Part shown: positions 41,594 to 55,125 of the stretch, in pieces
Layout of the letters: each line of letters begins with the position of its first letter
How positions within the stretch are numbered: position 1 is the stretch's first letter
Origin: Octopus sinensis
Lineage: Eukaryota
Assembly (NCBI RefSeq): GCF_006345805.1
Contig: NC_043019.1
Coordinates: 7,191,360-7,255,359, forward strand
Reading direction: 5' to 3'
Length of the DNA stretch: 64,000 nt
The notes under the pieces: generated by a model
What the model was told of the DNA's origin: nothing
The model's database searches: none
The model's input: the letters and a program-made list of their open reading frames with translations, nothing else
Program-made: the position numbers and the translations under genes

Positions 41594-41790
41594 GGAGGCG
41601 ATATGGCAGAATCGTTAGCACGCCGAGCAAAGCGCTTTGCCGCATTTCATCCGCTCTTAGTTCAAATTACGGCGAAGTCAAGTTTATTTTAATCCTTTTG
41701 AGGTCGATAAAATATATCTTCAATTCATTGGGGGTCGATAAAATCGACTTAACCCACCCTCCGTAATTTGGTGGCCTTATGCCAAAACTC
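41594..41790 (+). mobile_element. SINE family A
   Basis: GGCGATATGGCAGAATCGTTAGCACGCCGAGC head; GGGGTCGATAAAATCGACTTAACC body. Confidence 0.85.
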
Positions 41791-41794
41791 GACT

Positions 41795-42155
41795 CCATCA
41801 TTTCCTGGTTGATGGGGATTTCCGTTATGCTGTGTCTTCTACTTAAGCCCTGGGCCGACCCGCGCATTTGAACGAATTTGAAAGATGGAAACTGAGTGGA
41901 AACCCGTCGTATATGTGAATGTGTGAGTTTTTACAGATCTCAGTTTGCCACCATTACCCGCCTATCTTCGCAACCAATGTTGGTTTGTTTACAACACCGT
42001 TTACGACCGCGTAATATACATGTTCGACAAAACTAATTTAGTAAATAAATACCGAGATATATGTGTTCGATTCAAACCAGTGAATGCTGTGTCCCCAGCT
42101 TGCTCCAGCAAGGCCACAGTCCAACGAATGAAACAAGTAAAAAATGAAAAAAATA
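41795..42155 (+). mobile_element. SINE family B lacking its head, degenerate
   Basis: GCCCTGGGCCGACC...GGAAACTGAG...CCCGTCGTATAT...TGCTCCAGCAAGGCCACAGTC. Confidence 0.7.
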
Positions 42156-42964
42156 CCTAACAAAAACTTCCTATCCAATATTTGTTTCAAAATGAAAAAA
42201 TAAAGCCATTTGAATGCAACATTAAATTCTTCAACACAAAGTTTGAACGGTGTGTGTGCTGTTCTCTGATTGACAATGATTTAAAAATATCAAAAGTTTG
42301 CCTTCAGCATGAAGGGAAATAAATCCTATAAAACAATTATTTATAAGTTCTCGTTTTGACAGTTAAATTTGTTGAGAGCCTCTTTCGTGTAATTGCTAAC
42401 GTGACTGTCAATATTTGACAGATGCGTGGCTCGACTTTTGTCTATGTTTTATGTGTGAGGTCGTGCCAGTATATGTTTTACATTAATTTATATCATAAAT
42501 AACTTAGTCGTTTAAGTTATAGCTTCAATTTTCTATATACCTTTTAGCCTAACTTATTTTAATTTACTTCATTTGTTTCTAGATAAATTTGTTTCGAATT
42601 TTACGTGTATTATTTGTTTGTTGTTGATCATAAAATGTTAATGGTTCTCGAAAAGTGCTGCAGAGTAAACTGTAATAAATGGGATGTACATTCACGGACA
42701 TAATTTTGGTTCTGTGTGTGCGTGTATGTGTGTTTTCTGTGTGTATGTGTATGTCAGTGTGAATGTAACTGTGTGTGAGTGTGCTCGGGTGTGGGTGTTA
42801 AACCAAATACTGGGGAATTTGCTACATTTTTAGTCACATGTTACCTTGTTTTATTACCTCTAAGGAAAACATGAGAATAAATAAGAATTATTACAATCAA
42901 AATAATGGTTACAGATTATGCCAGAAGGCCAGCGATTCCGAGAAAGTGGTGGTGGTGGTGGGGT

Positions 42965-43125
42965 TGCTTACATTTATTCCAGGGCTCAACTCTGGTACTT
43001 ATTTTGTCGATCCAAGAAGGATGAAAGGCAAAGATAACATCGGCGGAATTTGAACTCACAATGTAAAGACGGACGAAAAAACCGCTAAGCATTTTGTCCG
43101 ATGCGATAACAGCTCTGTCAGCCTT
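42965..43125 (-). mobile_element. SINE family A
   Basis: GGATGAAAGGCAAAG...CGGCGGAATTTGAACTC. Confidence 0.8.
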
Positions 43126-43431
43126 CAGTAATATAATAATAATAATAATAATGATATAATAATAATAATAATAATAATAATATAATAATAATAATAATAT
43201 ATTAATATATAATAATAATAATATAATAATAATAATAATAATAATAATATAATAATAATATATATATATATATATATTTATTAAAATGCTTTGTATCTCA
43301 GTCTGTTCTCATGGCAATAATATGAGACACTGTGAATCAACGTGTCATTTCTTTGATTAAAACAAGGCAACATTGGCACCGGTTCCGCGTAATATCCCTC
43401 CGAATTTTTCGCCTATATATATATTATATAC

Positions 43432-43512
<81 letters not shown>

Positions 43513-44404
43513 ATGTGTTGCAACACATAAATACGCCTTGATAAAAATCTGTTCATGGACCTTTAATATAATACTGTGAATCCCCATTTCACTACGTTGC
43601 TTACGTGTACCCCTAAAAAGCTTATATGAACCCCCCAAAGTTTATATGGACACTGGTGAAGAACCAGAGATCTAGAGCATTCTATCACTGTTTGTTGTAA
43701 TTCCACTTTTGACAACCGATTTTTTTTTTACTGAAGAAGAGTAATCTTACAATCTTTCAATTTGCCGTTTTGTTATGTTGCACAAATAAACATCGGTAGT
43801 TCTATTGAAATTAAATATTCCGTATAGTTTCCGTGAGAGACATATTGATCAACACCGATTCCTTATTTCAGTCATCTGTTGCTCGAGTTCATATGTATAT
43901 TTTCTCACGTTTGCAGATGATTTTAGGAAGTTCCATCTAGGCCAACCAATTTTTAAAATGACACAACACCGATTCCCGCAAACACCACACATACGTCTAC
44001 AATGATGTAAATCTTATAATGTCTGTCACTCTCAGAGAAAATTCTGTTTATGGAGGAGCTCTTAAAACTGAGCATGACATTACGATACAGAATATATCAG
44101 TTTATGGCTCTCTGAGGCCAATGACATTACCTTCATAATTTACAGTTCAGTTGAGGTTACATTACGTAAGCAACACTACCGTATGTATTCATAATTGTAG
44201 TTACATCGGTTTTGATAATTTCTGTTTGCATCAATAGTCTATCGCTCTCCGGACTAAATAATCTATTTCGCAGTGTGGGAGACTGTAGCAGTAGCCATAC
44301 AGCAAAAGCTTTCTTTTAAAATGGAATTGCTGAACGAGTTGCTATGACACAGTGCTATGTGGTTGGTCTGAAATTCTGTCACAACGCAAGCAGTTTTCGG
44401 AGAG

Positions 44405-44560
44405 AGCAAAGGTCCATTACATCGACTCTTGTGTTCGAATGGCATTTCAATTATCGGCCCCGAAGGAATGAAAGTCAAAGTCGGCCTGTGTGGAATTTCA
44501 ACAAAGGAAAGGGAGGACGGGAGAGCGTTTTGCCCGACGTCTTTGCGATTCTGCCAGCTC
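44405..44560 (-). mobile_element. SINE family A, degenerate
   Basis: GGAATGAAAGTCAAAGTCGGC...GATTCTGCCAGCTC. Confidence 0.75.
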
Positions 44561-44674
44561 ATAACTATAACGTATGATTGGAAATTGTTGGCAATGTTCG
44601 ACTGATGATGTGTATATATATATATTTTTAATTTAATTTTTATTTTATCTAGTTTCAGCTCACGAGTTGTGGCC

Positions 44675-44714
<40 letters not shown>

Positions 44715-44834
44715 ATATATATATTGTGTGTGTGTGTGGTGTGTATGTGTGGTGTGTGTGTGATAAATATACGTATATATATGTGTGTGTGCGCGTGTGT
44801 ATGGAGGTCAAATGAAAATTACTTTGCGGGTTTG

Positions 44835-45070
44835 AGGGTGTAACATGGCCTTGTGGTCAGGGTGTTGTATTCAGGATAACGAGACCCTGGTCTAAATTCC
44901 AAAACCAAGTGAGAGTGGTGCTCGTGACTTTCAGGAAGACACTCTATCTCATATTGCCATCATTTCATCACCTCAGCTTTCGTACGCTGTACAACCTTTC
45001 AGATAAGGTCAATTTGATGCGGAAATTGAGCTAACGTACATCACAAGCAGCTGATCACAAATTATCGGTG
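44835..45070 (+). mobile_element. SINE family C-like, degenerate
   Basis: ATGGCCTTGTGGTCAGGGTGTTG A-box-like head; GGTCTAAATTCC B-box-like motif. Confidence 0.55.
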
Positions 45071-45278
45071 CAGATTATTCAGAAACTGTCTTTCTAGGAC
45101 TACAAAAGGAATACAATACTTTACGAGTATGTGTTTGGGGTTTTCTTGGGTGTGCGAGGTTCCATTTTGGGATACAATTTATGTATGTATGTATGTATGT
45201 ATGTATATATATATATATATATGTATGCATGTATCTCTGTATGTATGTACGTTTGTGTGTGTGTGTGTGTCGTTATTT

Positions 45279-45385
45279 AGTTTTATTTCAAAATTTCTTG
45301 ACAATAGAGACAGAGCCGGTTTCCAGGGATCTTACAGTGGAATCCCAACATCAACAACGGGGTATTTTTGTATGTATGTCTGTAT
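45279..45385 (-). mobile_element. 3' UTR fragment of the R4/Dong-like LINE
   Basis: TTTTATTTCAAAATTTCTTGACAATAGAGACAGAGCCGGTTTC matches 24631-24675. Confidence 0.7.
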
Positions 45386-45914
45386 GTATGTATTCAAGTG
45401 TATATGTGTATAACGCCCCTTGTTATGAAACAACATATTCACCTCGATACGTCTATTATATCTATGAAGTTTAGACGGTACAGTGTATCGTCATACCATT
45501 GAGTATTTTAGTATTACACAAATTACATAATTCATAAACATATAAATATATAAATGAAGAATCGTTTCCTCCACCGTGTTTCATTTGATCGGAAGGGAGT
45601 TCCGTCTCACCTGCCACGTTAGTTATCTGCATTGGGAACACATCAATATGCGTGTGTGCGTGTGTGTGTGTACCCGGTGAGTATAGGTTCATGAGGAATC
45701 TCACGAAAGTGATGAACGTGATGAAAGCGGATAATAATAATTGTTGTAGAAAATCTCACTTTTCTTACTATCAAAAACACACATACGACTTTAAAAAGTA
45801 TATACATACACACACACACACACATATATATATATATCTTTCACTAATATGTGTGTGTGTGCGTGCGTGTTTGTGTGTGTGTTTGTGTGTGTGCGCGCAG
45901 CGTGTACGGTAATA

Positions 45915-45960
<46 letters not shown>

Positions 45961-46176
45961 GAAGAAATATTTATTATATATAATATGCCTATACATATAT
46001 CTACATTATATACATAACAAATTATATATATATATATATATTATATATATATGTACATACATATATATATAAATGATATATATATAAAACATATGTAGAT
46101 ATAAATGTGTGTACGTATACTTTTATATAAGTATATATATCTACACACACACACAACCACACACACACACACACAT

Positions 46177-46222
<46 letters not shown>

Positions 46223-46266
46223 TATATTCAGATATTTATACTATACACTTACATATTATATATATA

Positions 46267-46313
<47 letters not shown>

Positions 46314-47017
46314 TATTAGATAGATAGATAAATATATGCTATAGATAAAATATTATATATATATTAATTACAACACAGTAGAAATTTATTGTACGCCCAC
46401 ATATACTTTATTGGATAATTAAATATTTAAGAATTTAATTAGAAACACAAAAAAGAAAACAGAAAATCACAAATTATAATTGAATAATGATAAGAAAATT
46501 GTTTGAATATTTCAACACAAGTGGAAAATCTAAGACAAAGTGGTATTTGTTTTTCTGTTTGTTTCGTTTGTTTGTCTGATGTATTTATTCTTTTACACAT
46601 TTTTGCTTTACACTTCACTGTACAAGAGTTCTTTGAAGTATTTTTTTTTAATAATATAAAACAATTCAAATACCAGATAAGTAAATACATATAAAAACAA
46701 AAATTAGACACACGCAAATATAATTGAATAAAGAATATTGTTTTCTTTTTATTCTGTTGTATTGTTTCTTTCTCATTATAGTGCTTCTCATTGAGTATAA
46801 TTACATTAATACTATTATATATACATAAGCACACATACATATATGTATATACGCGCGCACACACACTTAGGCACATATAGGTAATCGTATATATATATAT
46901 ATAATATATATATATATGTGTGTGTATGTATACCTATATGTATATGTTTATATATATATTAATTATATATATATATATGTGTATGTATACCTATATGTAT
47001 ATGTTTATATATATATA

Positions 47018-47053
<36 letters not shown>

Positions 47054-47929
47054 TATATATGTTTATATATATATAAGTTTATATAATATAAATATAAACA
47101 TATACATATATATATGTATATATATATGTAATATATATGTATATATAGTTATATATATTATATATACGTCTTTATTTATATATATACATATGTTCATAAA
47201 TAAATAAATATATATATATATATTATATATATATATATACAATATATATATACATATATATATATACATATATATATACATATATATTGATCTATGTGTA
47301 TTAAATTTATACATACGTACAAATAATTATATCTATATACACATACCTATAATTAAATAAGTTGTTGATTTCTAGAATTCATCGATATCACCAAAAATTG
47401 TCATTTGAAGAACAAAAACTTAGAATCTAATTTTTTGGATACACATTATTATAAATTTACTGATGCGAATGTATCTCCATATTCTGCATATTATTTCGAT
47501 TTTATCCATCATTTCTTTACATTATGAGACATCCTCTGTTTTGTTTTGTTGCTTGTTTCTTTTTTGTTAAGTTTTCTTTTTTTTTAAGTACGAATGATTA
47601 TTTTGTGTTAGTTAAACATTAATAATGAAAATGACAACAAAATTTTTCTCTATTCTATATTATAAATTCGTATAATATGATATAGCGTAAATAACTTATT
47701 TCACAATATCTCTGCTTACAATTCTGTGTTACAGGCACTCGTATATATGATGGAAGGTATTCCAAATGTGGCCGTAGCTTTGATATCAAATGCTAGCTTA
47801 TCCGATAGCCCTTCCTTTTCTTAAAACGATAGAATGTCATTGAAGGGAGATTTCTTTCGATGGTATTAACCGACGCTTCACAAATAGAGTAGTTGTATCA
47901 TTTATCGTCCATCTTACAATTGTTTCAGA

Positions 47930-48194
47930 TATTTGACTGCGGCCATGCTGGAGCACCTCTTTGAAGTATTTTTAGTCGAAAAAGTGAACGCCAGTACATT
48001 TTGGGTTTTTTTTTTTTTAACCAGGTACTTATTCTATCGGTTTGCTTTGTACGGCGGCTAATTTACAGGAACCTAAACACAACACCGGTTGTAAAATGGT
48101 CGTGGGGACAAACACTGACACAAAGACACGCTCGTTTACGCACAACACACACACACAACACACACACACACCATACATATATATATATCTTATA

Positions 48195-48238
<44 letters not shown>

Positions 48239-48300
48239 TGGATTCTTTCAGTTTCCGTATACCAATCCACTCACATGGCTTTGGACGGCCTACGGTAAAT
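47930..48300 (-). mobile_element. SINE family B with an expanded internal microsatellite
   Basis: TTTGACTGCGGCCATGCTGGAGCACC tail and TTTCAGTTTCCGTATACCAATCCACTCAC body flank about 100 bp of (CA)(TA). Confidence 0.85.
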
Positions 48301-49399
48301 GGATGGTAAATTTTAGAACGTTTTTTTGTTTCATTTATTTTAGTTAACGTTAAAAAGAGGGCAGAATTGATGTTTTTAGCCATAAATCTTTAATAACCAG
48401 TGAATGCCTTGGCACCAACAGAATTCTCTTAGATTTACCATTATTAGAGTTGCTGCTGACTCAACCTCTCGCCAATTTTCTCGGATTCCGAATGATTTTT
48501 AAACCTGGATGCAATGGAGATGCAACATTTCGTATGAAAATCATGCAGCAAAAGGACGAGTATTAAAATAGCTTTAGTTCGTCTCTTCATCTTGGCATCC
48601 ATAAGTAACGTGATGCTGATTGATGAGTTATTGAAAGAGGACACTAATCAAATCATGGAACTGGCGAACAGAAGGGGGCGTGGAGAAAAAAAAATCAATG
48701 ACGTCATCATCATCATCTTAAGAAATTAGAATTGTTTAGTAATTAAAGCCTACAATTGTGTTCGGATGAGAATAAAGAATCTCTTCCTTCCTCGTCATCA
48801 CCGTCGCCATTGTTGTCGCTGCTCTTGCTGTTGTTGTTGTTGTTGTCGTTGTTGTTATTGTTGTTGCTGCTGTTACTATTGCTTTTTAGAATTTAAGACC
48901 AGGGTATTTCGGATCGGCTATACCTTTTTTTTAAGATACTATGGTGTGATTTTCGGGAGATTTTGCTGCTCTTTTCATCACTTCAAACTACCATGTGATA
49001 CGTGTGTGTTTTTATTCTTCTTATTCATTCACAACTTACGCAAACTCTTGGAGAGCTTCGACTTCAAACTTTTGAAGAATTATTTAGAATTTCAATGAAA
49101 TAGATTCTTTGCAAGTTCACTATTGCTAACTCTACTGCCAAGTTCCAATCTCTCTTTCTCTCTTTCTCTTTCACTTTCCCTCTTTTTCTGCTCCTCCCTC
49201 ATTACCATATTTTAATCTTTTCAGGGTTTGTATGTGTGTATGTGTGTGTCTGTGTGTGTGTGTGTGTGTGTGTGTTTGTGTGTGTGGTATGAACCTGGTC
49301 ATATTTCTAACTGTTTCCTAGAAGACAATCGAATCTAGGATTAAGGACAATTTCCAAACGTTTTATTTAATCTTTTTTATTACAAAGTTACAATCATAA

Positions 49400-49670
49400 C
49401 CCCGTTGGCACTGACAGAAAGCGAATATGTTTCTGATGCAGGCAGAATGAGGAAATCGTCAATCACGCATTCGTTCAATGCCCAATCATTTGCCGATTTA
49501 TGGAATTGTGTCCATCAGTTGTTAGCAATTATGAGATGGATCTGATTATCAGCCAAGTGTATCACGTAGTCAAGCGACAAACTTCACCTGATACTATGAC
49601 AAAGACAAACAGGATGTCCTCCGATGACAGGGCTCCACAACTAAGTATATTCTAGGCTGTTCGTACTTCA
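49400..49670 (+). mobile_element. Tx1/L1-like LINE C-terminal zinc-knuckle relic
   Basis: CF*CRQNEEIVNHAFVQCP fits the C-x2-C-x8-H-x4-C pattern at the end of L1/Tx1 ORF2. Confidence 0.5.
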
Positions 49671-49682
49671 AAGGATTGAGAA

Positions 49683-50044
49683 CATTTCTTATTTCTTTAT
49701 CGCCCACAAGACGCCAAACATAGAGGGGGCAAACAAGGACAGACGAGTAGATTAAGGCAAAGTCAACCTCGGCGGAATTTGAATTCAGAACGTAGCGGCA
49801 GGCGAAATACCTATTTCTTTACTACCCACAAGTGGCTAAACACTGAGAGAACAAACCAGGACAGACAAATGGATTAAGTCGATTATAGCGACCCCAGTGC
49901 GTAACTGGTACTTATTTTATCGACCCCGAAAGGATGAAAGGCAGAGTCGACATCGGTGGAATTTGACCACAGAACGTAACGGCAGACGAAATACCGCTCT
50001 GCATTTCACTCGACGTGCTAACGATTCTGCCAGATCGCTGCCTT
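49683..50044 (-). mobile_element. SINE family A dimer with a 12-bp TSD
   Basis: AAGGATTGAGAA at 49671-49682 and 50045-50056; one head, two bodies, the second with an internal deletion. Confidence 0.92.
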
Positions 50045-50579
50045 AAGGATTGAGAATATATGTCTATTGCACTGAAACCCCAAATTCCAATCAAGTTTTT
50101 CGAACACCCATCGAAGAAGTTAACCTTCGTTTCTTCGTTTCCTCTAAAGAAAAATAGGAACGCTAGTAAGCTACGCGCGACTCTCCAGTTGGACTCATGA
50201 CAGTTAATGAGCGTAGCCAAACAAATACGACTAAAAACCTCCATTCTAAATATGCCGATTGTGTGTCAAAGGTACGGGAGGAACTCGTTTGCCCTTCGCT
50301 TGAGGATAACCCAAGGTCGTGTGCGTTTGCTGCCAGGTTTCTACCCGTTTCGTATATTTCGGGCAGCTGTCGTGTTCCTCTTATTGTTCTATATTAATAA
50401 TGCTAGATATCTTTTATATTTAAGGATGCATTTTGCTTGTTTTTACTTAATGTCGCACTTTGTGTTACATACTTCGACCCGCTGGCTTTTGCGCTTCTTC
50501 TAGTTTTGTCTTTTGGCCAACGTATTGTCTGCAGCTTTTACACCACGTGGCCCAAAAAAAGGAGCTGTTGTTGCGGTTG

Positions 50580-50595
50580 CTGCTGCTGCCAATCT

Positions 50596-50635
<40 letters not shown>

Positions 50636-50722
50636 GCTGCTACTACCACCACCACCATCACTAATAATAATAATAATAATAACAATAGTAACAACAACAA
50701 AAACAACAACACAATAATAATA

Positions 50723-50755
<33 letters not shown>

Positions 50756-50902
50756 AGCTTCTGCTGTGGCTGCTACTATCGCTTCTCTGCTACTCATGCA
50801 GCTGCATCTGTTGGTACTACCGGTGCTGCGGTTACTGGTAGTGGTGGTTGTGGAATTAGTTATAGTATTAGCAGTCATAGTAGTGGCAGCAGCAGCAGTA
50901 GC

Positions 50903-50945
<43 letters not shown>

Positions 50946-50970
50946 TAGTAGCAGTAGTAGTAGTAGTTGA
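50580..50970. repeat. Compound trinucleotide arrays (CTA/CCA/AAT/TAG)
   Basis: Directly visible. Confidence 0.93.
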
Positions 50971-51762
50971 GACGTTGTTGAATCAGCCTGCCGAATCAAT
51001 ATAAATAAGACGAGACAATACATACTAATATAAGTATTTAGGTGAAATATAAATATATATATATATAATATATATTTCAGTACGTACGTGTGTGTATCTG
51101 TGTACGCATATCAAAAAATATATATGCATGTATTTCAATACGTACACATGGACACACACACGAACCCGCACACACGTATACGTTGCAGTTCACATTATAA
51201 ACAGGCCTGGTCGTGTTTATTCAGCACCGAGTCTTCAAATCCTTCGGGCAACTGTTCAATCAACTCCATTTCACGAAATATAGTGACAGTTTCCTTTGTA
51301 ATATTGTTGAATGCCTCTCATCAATCGTGTTTTCAACAAGAATCACTCAGTAACGAGCCACGTCTATCTACATCAGGATTGGTTTACCAATATATATATA
51401 TATATATATATACATATATAGATCGTTATATATATATATATAGATATAGGCATCCATATATGTATATATATATAAATATACATAAATATATATATAGGAA
51501 TTCATGTATGTACATATGAATAAGTATATACACACACATAGACATACGTATGTATACATGGATATTTATATACGTATATATATATATGCATATATATAAT
51601 TATGTACATATGTATATATGTGTGTAAATATATCTATGTCTATCTCTATGTCAATCTATCTATACACACACACACAACATATATATATATTATATATATA
51701 TATAAATATACACTTGTCAATCTACATATCTATCTATCTCTCTCTCCTCTCTCTATCTCTCT

Positions 51763-51812
<50 letters not shown>

Positions 51813-51931
51813 TATACATATATATATACAAATATGTTTTGATATAGATAAGTATATATGAATACAAGCACACAGTACTGCCACTCACACACGTATATAT
51901 ACATATATATTATATATATATATATATATAC

Positions 51932-51980
<49 letters not shown>

Positions 51981-51994
51981 TATATATATGCGCA

Positions 51995-52025
<31 letters not shown>

Positions 52026-52784
52026 TATATATATATATATTACATACATATGTATATAAATGTATATACACACGTAATGGTGTAGTAGTTAGTAGTGTGT
52101 TGAATAGTTTGTGTAATTCGGATCGTACCGGATCTTTTGAACATGTGTTCGATTTCCGAGAAATTCAGCGTTGCCGGTCACCGTTTTTCACTTTCAAGTA
52201 AGGAAACAAACCTGAAGACAACTAATGATGTTTATTTTCTCTCCATCACTCCCTCTTTGTCTCCTATTCCCCTTCTTACTTTCTCTTTCGCTTTCTCTCC
52301 CTTACACCCACCCACAGCCATAGACACACAAGCTTTCATCTTCTATGCTTTTATGCATCAATTGGCCGGAACTAACCCTTTGTCAGCTCCACATTCTCAA
52401 AACCCAGGCATTCAAGAAAGTAGACTCCGGTATTTGTCTTTTAATAGTAAAGTGATTTTCTGCTTGATTCATTCATAGTCGGTCCAAAGCAAAGCACGGG
52501 CCTTTGTGTAATGTCCTTGTATAAGTTCATATGTGTCTTCTTGTAGTAAACCAAATCTTACTTTCGGAGTTCAAATTGCTTTGAATCTGTCGTTGACTTT
52601 CATTCTTTCAGGGTCTATAAATTATGTACTAGACGAGTACTACTATCGATAACAGAGAGTATAGAATCTACATCGAGGCAGCACAAGACGTCTGCTCTGA
52701 ACTTCCTATTATACTACCAATCCTCCGACATTCGTAATATTTACAATACACGTGTGTATAACTGTTTATGAGGAAGATTATGTA

Positions 52785-52823
<39 letters not shown>

Positions 52824-52948
52824 CTGTGGTGTAGATTTATGTTTATAAGTACATTTATGAATGCTTAAAGCGATTTAAAGCGACATTTTATACAATTTTA
52901 TATAATCATTTTATATAATCATTTCTATGACAAAATTATGTGCTAATC

Positions 52949-53108
52949 AAGGCCAGAATCGAACTCACGTATCAAATCTTACATGGTTCCATGCGCATAC
53001 GATTGGACAGTTAAAGAATAGATTCATAAATTTGATCGGTGAGCGCTTGGTTCAATCGGATACGCATGTAGCCGTGTTAACGTTGATATGTGAGTTCTAT
53101 TCTGGCTT
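52949..53108. repeat. Imperfect inverted repeat: about 60-bp arms, 41-bp spacer
   Basis: AGGCCAGAATCGAACTCACGTATC pairs with GATATGTGAGTTCTATTCTGGCTT at 21/24 positions; pairing continues inward at lower identity. Confidence 0.8.
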
Positions 53109-53597
53109 GGGTTAGCTCCTCATTTTTCAGTCAATTGTTTATATAAACTGTCAGTTTAAACTGGAATATATATCTTATCATTATGATATCTTAATATATA
53201 GCTATCATCCTATACATATTAATATGTATAATCAAAATAAGCAACAGGATATTTTGATATTAATCAATTCCCTTTGAAACTGTATGGATAATACCTTATT
53301 AAATTCTAATGATTCAACTCAAGTTCGTAATTCATCTGAATCTAAATATGAATATGTATTCATATATTTACATTTATGCATATATATTAATTAATAAATT
53401 TTAAGGTAGCAAAAATTTCTAGAAAATTTCTCCGCTACCAGCGTTCAAGTGAGAAAGAAAAATAATCAATAGACTATAAAATATAATATACATTCAAACA
53501 TATAAGGGACGGCCATAATATGACATCCGACTCACTAGAAAGAGCAACCAAACTCCAAACCACTAATAGTTGTAATTCTGAAAACGTTTACCCTTTC

Positions 53598-53691
53598 CCT
53601 TTCTGGACTATGCATAGTTTCGACAATCTTTAGTAAATAAATTAGTTTAATTAATTTATTTATCACTGGCGTTGTCTCGTCAGCAGAAAAG
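53598..53691 (-). ncRNA. Type I hammerhead ribozyme with canonical core
   Basis: Minus strand: CTTTTCTG-CTGACGA-GACAA-[long stem II]-TTGTC-GAAAC-TAT-gc-ATA-GTC^CAGAAAGG; 8-bp stem I, 5-bp stem II base closed by G10.1-C11.1, 5-bp stem III; all core nucleotides present. Confidence 0.88.
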
Positions 53692-53770
53692 CCAAAGACC
53701 AACATATATACACGAGGCGATGATAAACGTGCCTCGCGTCTATATACTATAAATTTTCAAATCCATATAT

Positions 53771-53809
<39 letters not shown>

Positions 53810-54282
53810 CATATATCAATATATATAATATATATATATATAATATATATTATATATATTATATATATGTTATATATATATATACATATCTATATATACG
53901 TATATCAATATATATATACATATATAGGGAGATATAGATATAAATACACACATATCAAACACACATATATGTGTGTGGGTTAGTGTATATATGTATATGT
54001 GTATATTTAAATGTATATGCATGTTTCATATATATATATATATAGTAAAAGACAGAGAGATAAAGAGGTACGAAGATATTTAGAGATACGCATATAACTA
54101 AGTACATTTATATTTTATGTCTATATGTATATACATATATTGATATGTGCAGATAGTTGTATATATATTTAAGTATGGATGTACTCTTTTGCCAGTATAT
54201 TCTACAAACTTTAAATGACATTATGTATCTGAACGTGTTTATGTACATGATGTATACGTATACATACACACATACATACACG

Positions 54283-54313
<31 letters not shown>

Positions 54314-55004
54314 GTGTGTGTGTGCGTGTGTGTGTGTGTGTATTGATATAGGTATATGTATTCATGTCTCTATGTATGTAAATTTACAAATATCGTATGT
54401 ATATGTACATGTATATATATAATACACACACCCACCCACCCATATATATATATATAGAGAGAGAGAGAGAGGGAGAGAGAGAGTGTGTGTGTGTGAGTGT
54501 GAGTGAAAGGTAGGTGAAGAGAGTGAGTGAGTTATGTGTGTGCGTGTGTGTGTGTGTACAGCTTGAATACTCTTGAGTATATTCAGAATATCTGAGATGA
54601 AATTATGTTGAAGTACTATAGATGGAGGAGATAAATCATAACAAACCAACAACAGAAACCCGCAATGACGACGAAGACGACGGCGACGACGATGACGAGA
54701 CGACGGCGTCGGCGGCGGTGACAACAACAAGAACATCAACAACCTCAACGTTAACGAAAATGACGAGGGATGAAGACAGCAACAAGTGTTCTATAAGTGT
54801 AACAATTACGATATTAAGAATATAGACTAGGAAAGAAAATGAATGAAGCGGTAGAGGAAAAGGATTGTGTCTGATGAGAGAGGGGCAGGATGATGACGTC
54901 AGTGAGACGGGGATTATAAAGATGACAACTAGGAGGAGGAAGATGCGGGGGAGGAAGTTGGAAGAGGAAGAAAATGATGGTGATGATGATAATATTTTCA
55001 TAAT

Positions 55005-55125
55005 AGTAACAGGCCTTTCTGGTAAAGGCACATGGAGTGAAATTTGGCGGGAAAGGATTACATGGCCCCCAGTGTTCCACTGGTACTTAATTTATCAATC
55101 CCGAAGTGATGAAAGGCAAAACTGC
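55005..55125 (-). mobile_element. SINE family A 3' part, truncated by an adjacent repeat
   Basis: CCCCAGTGTTCCACTGGTACTTAATTTATC...GATGAAAGGCAAAACT. Confidence 0.7.

Noticed and set aside
43520-43675. hAT-type MITE end
   Set aside because: Only a vague terminal resemblance; no partner TIR or 8-bp TSD
43917-44140. Plus-strand exon candidates (DFRKFHLGQPIF...; ENSVYGGALKTEHDIT...)
   Set aside because: Good acceptors but no convincing donors or recognised homology
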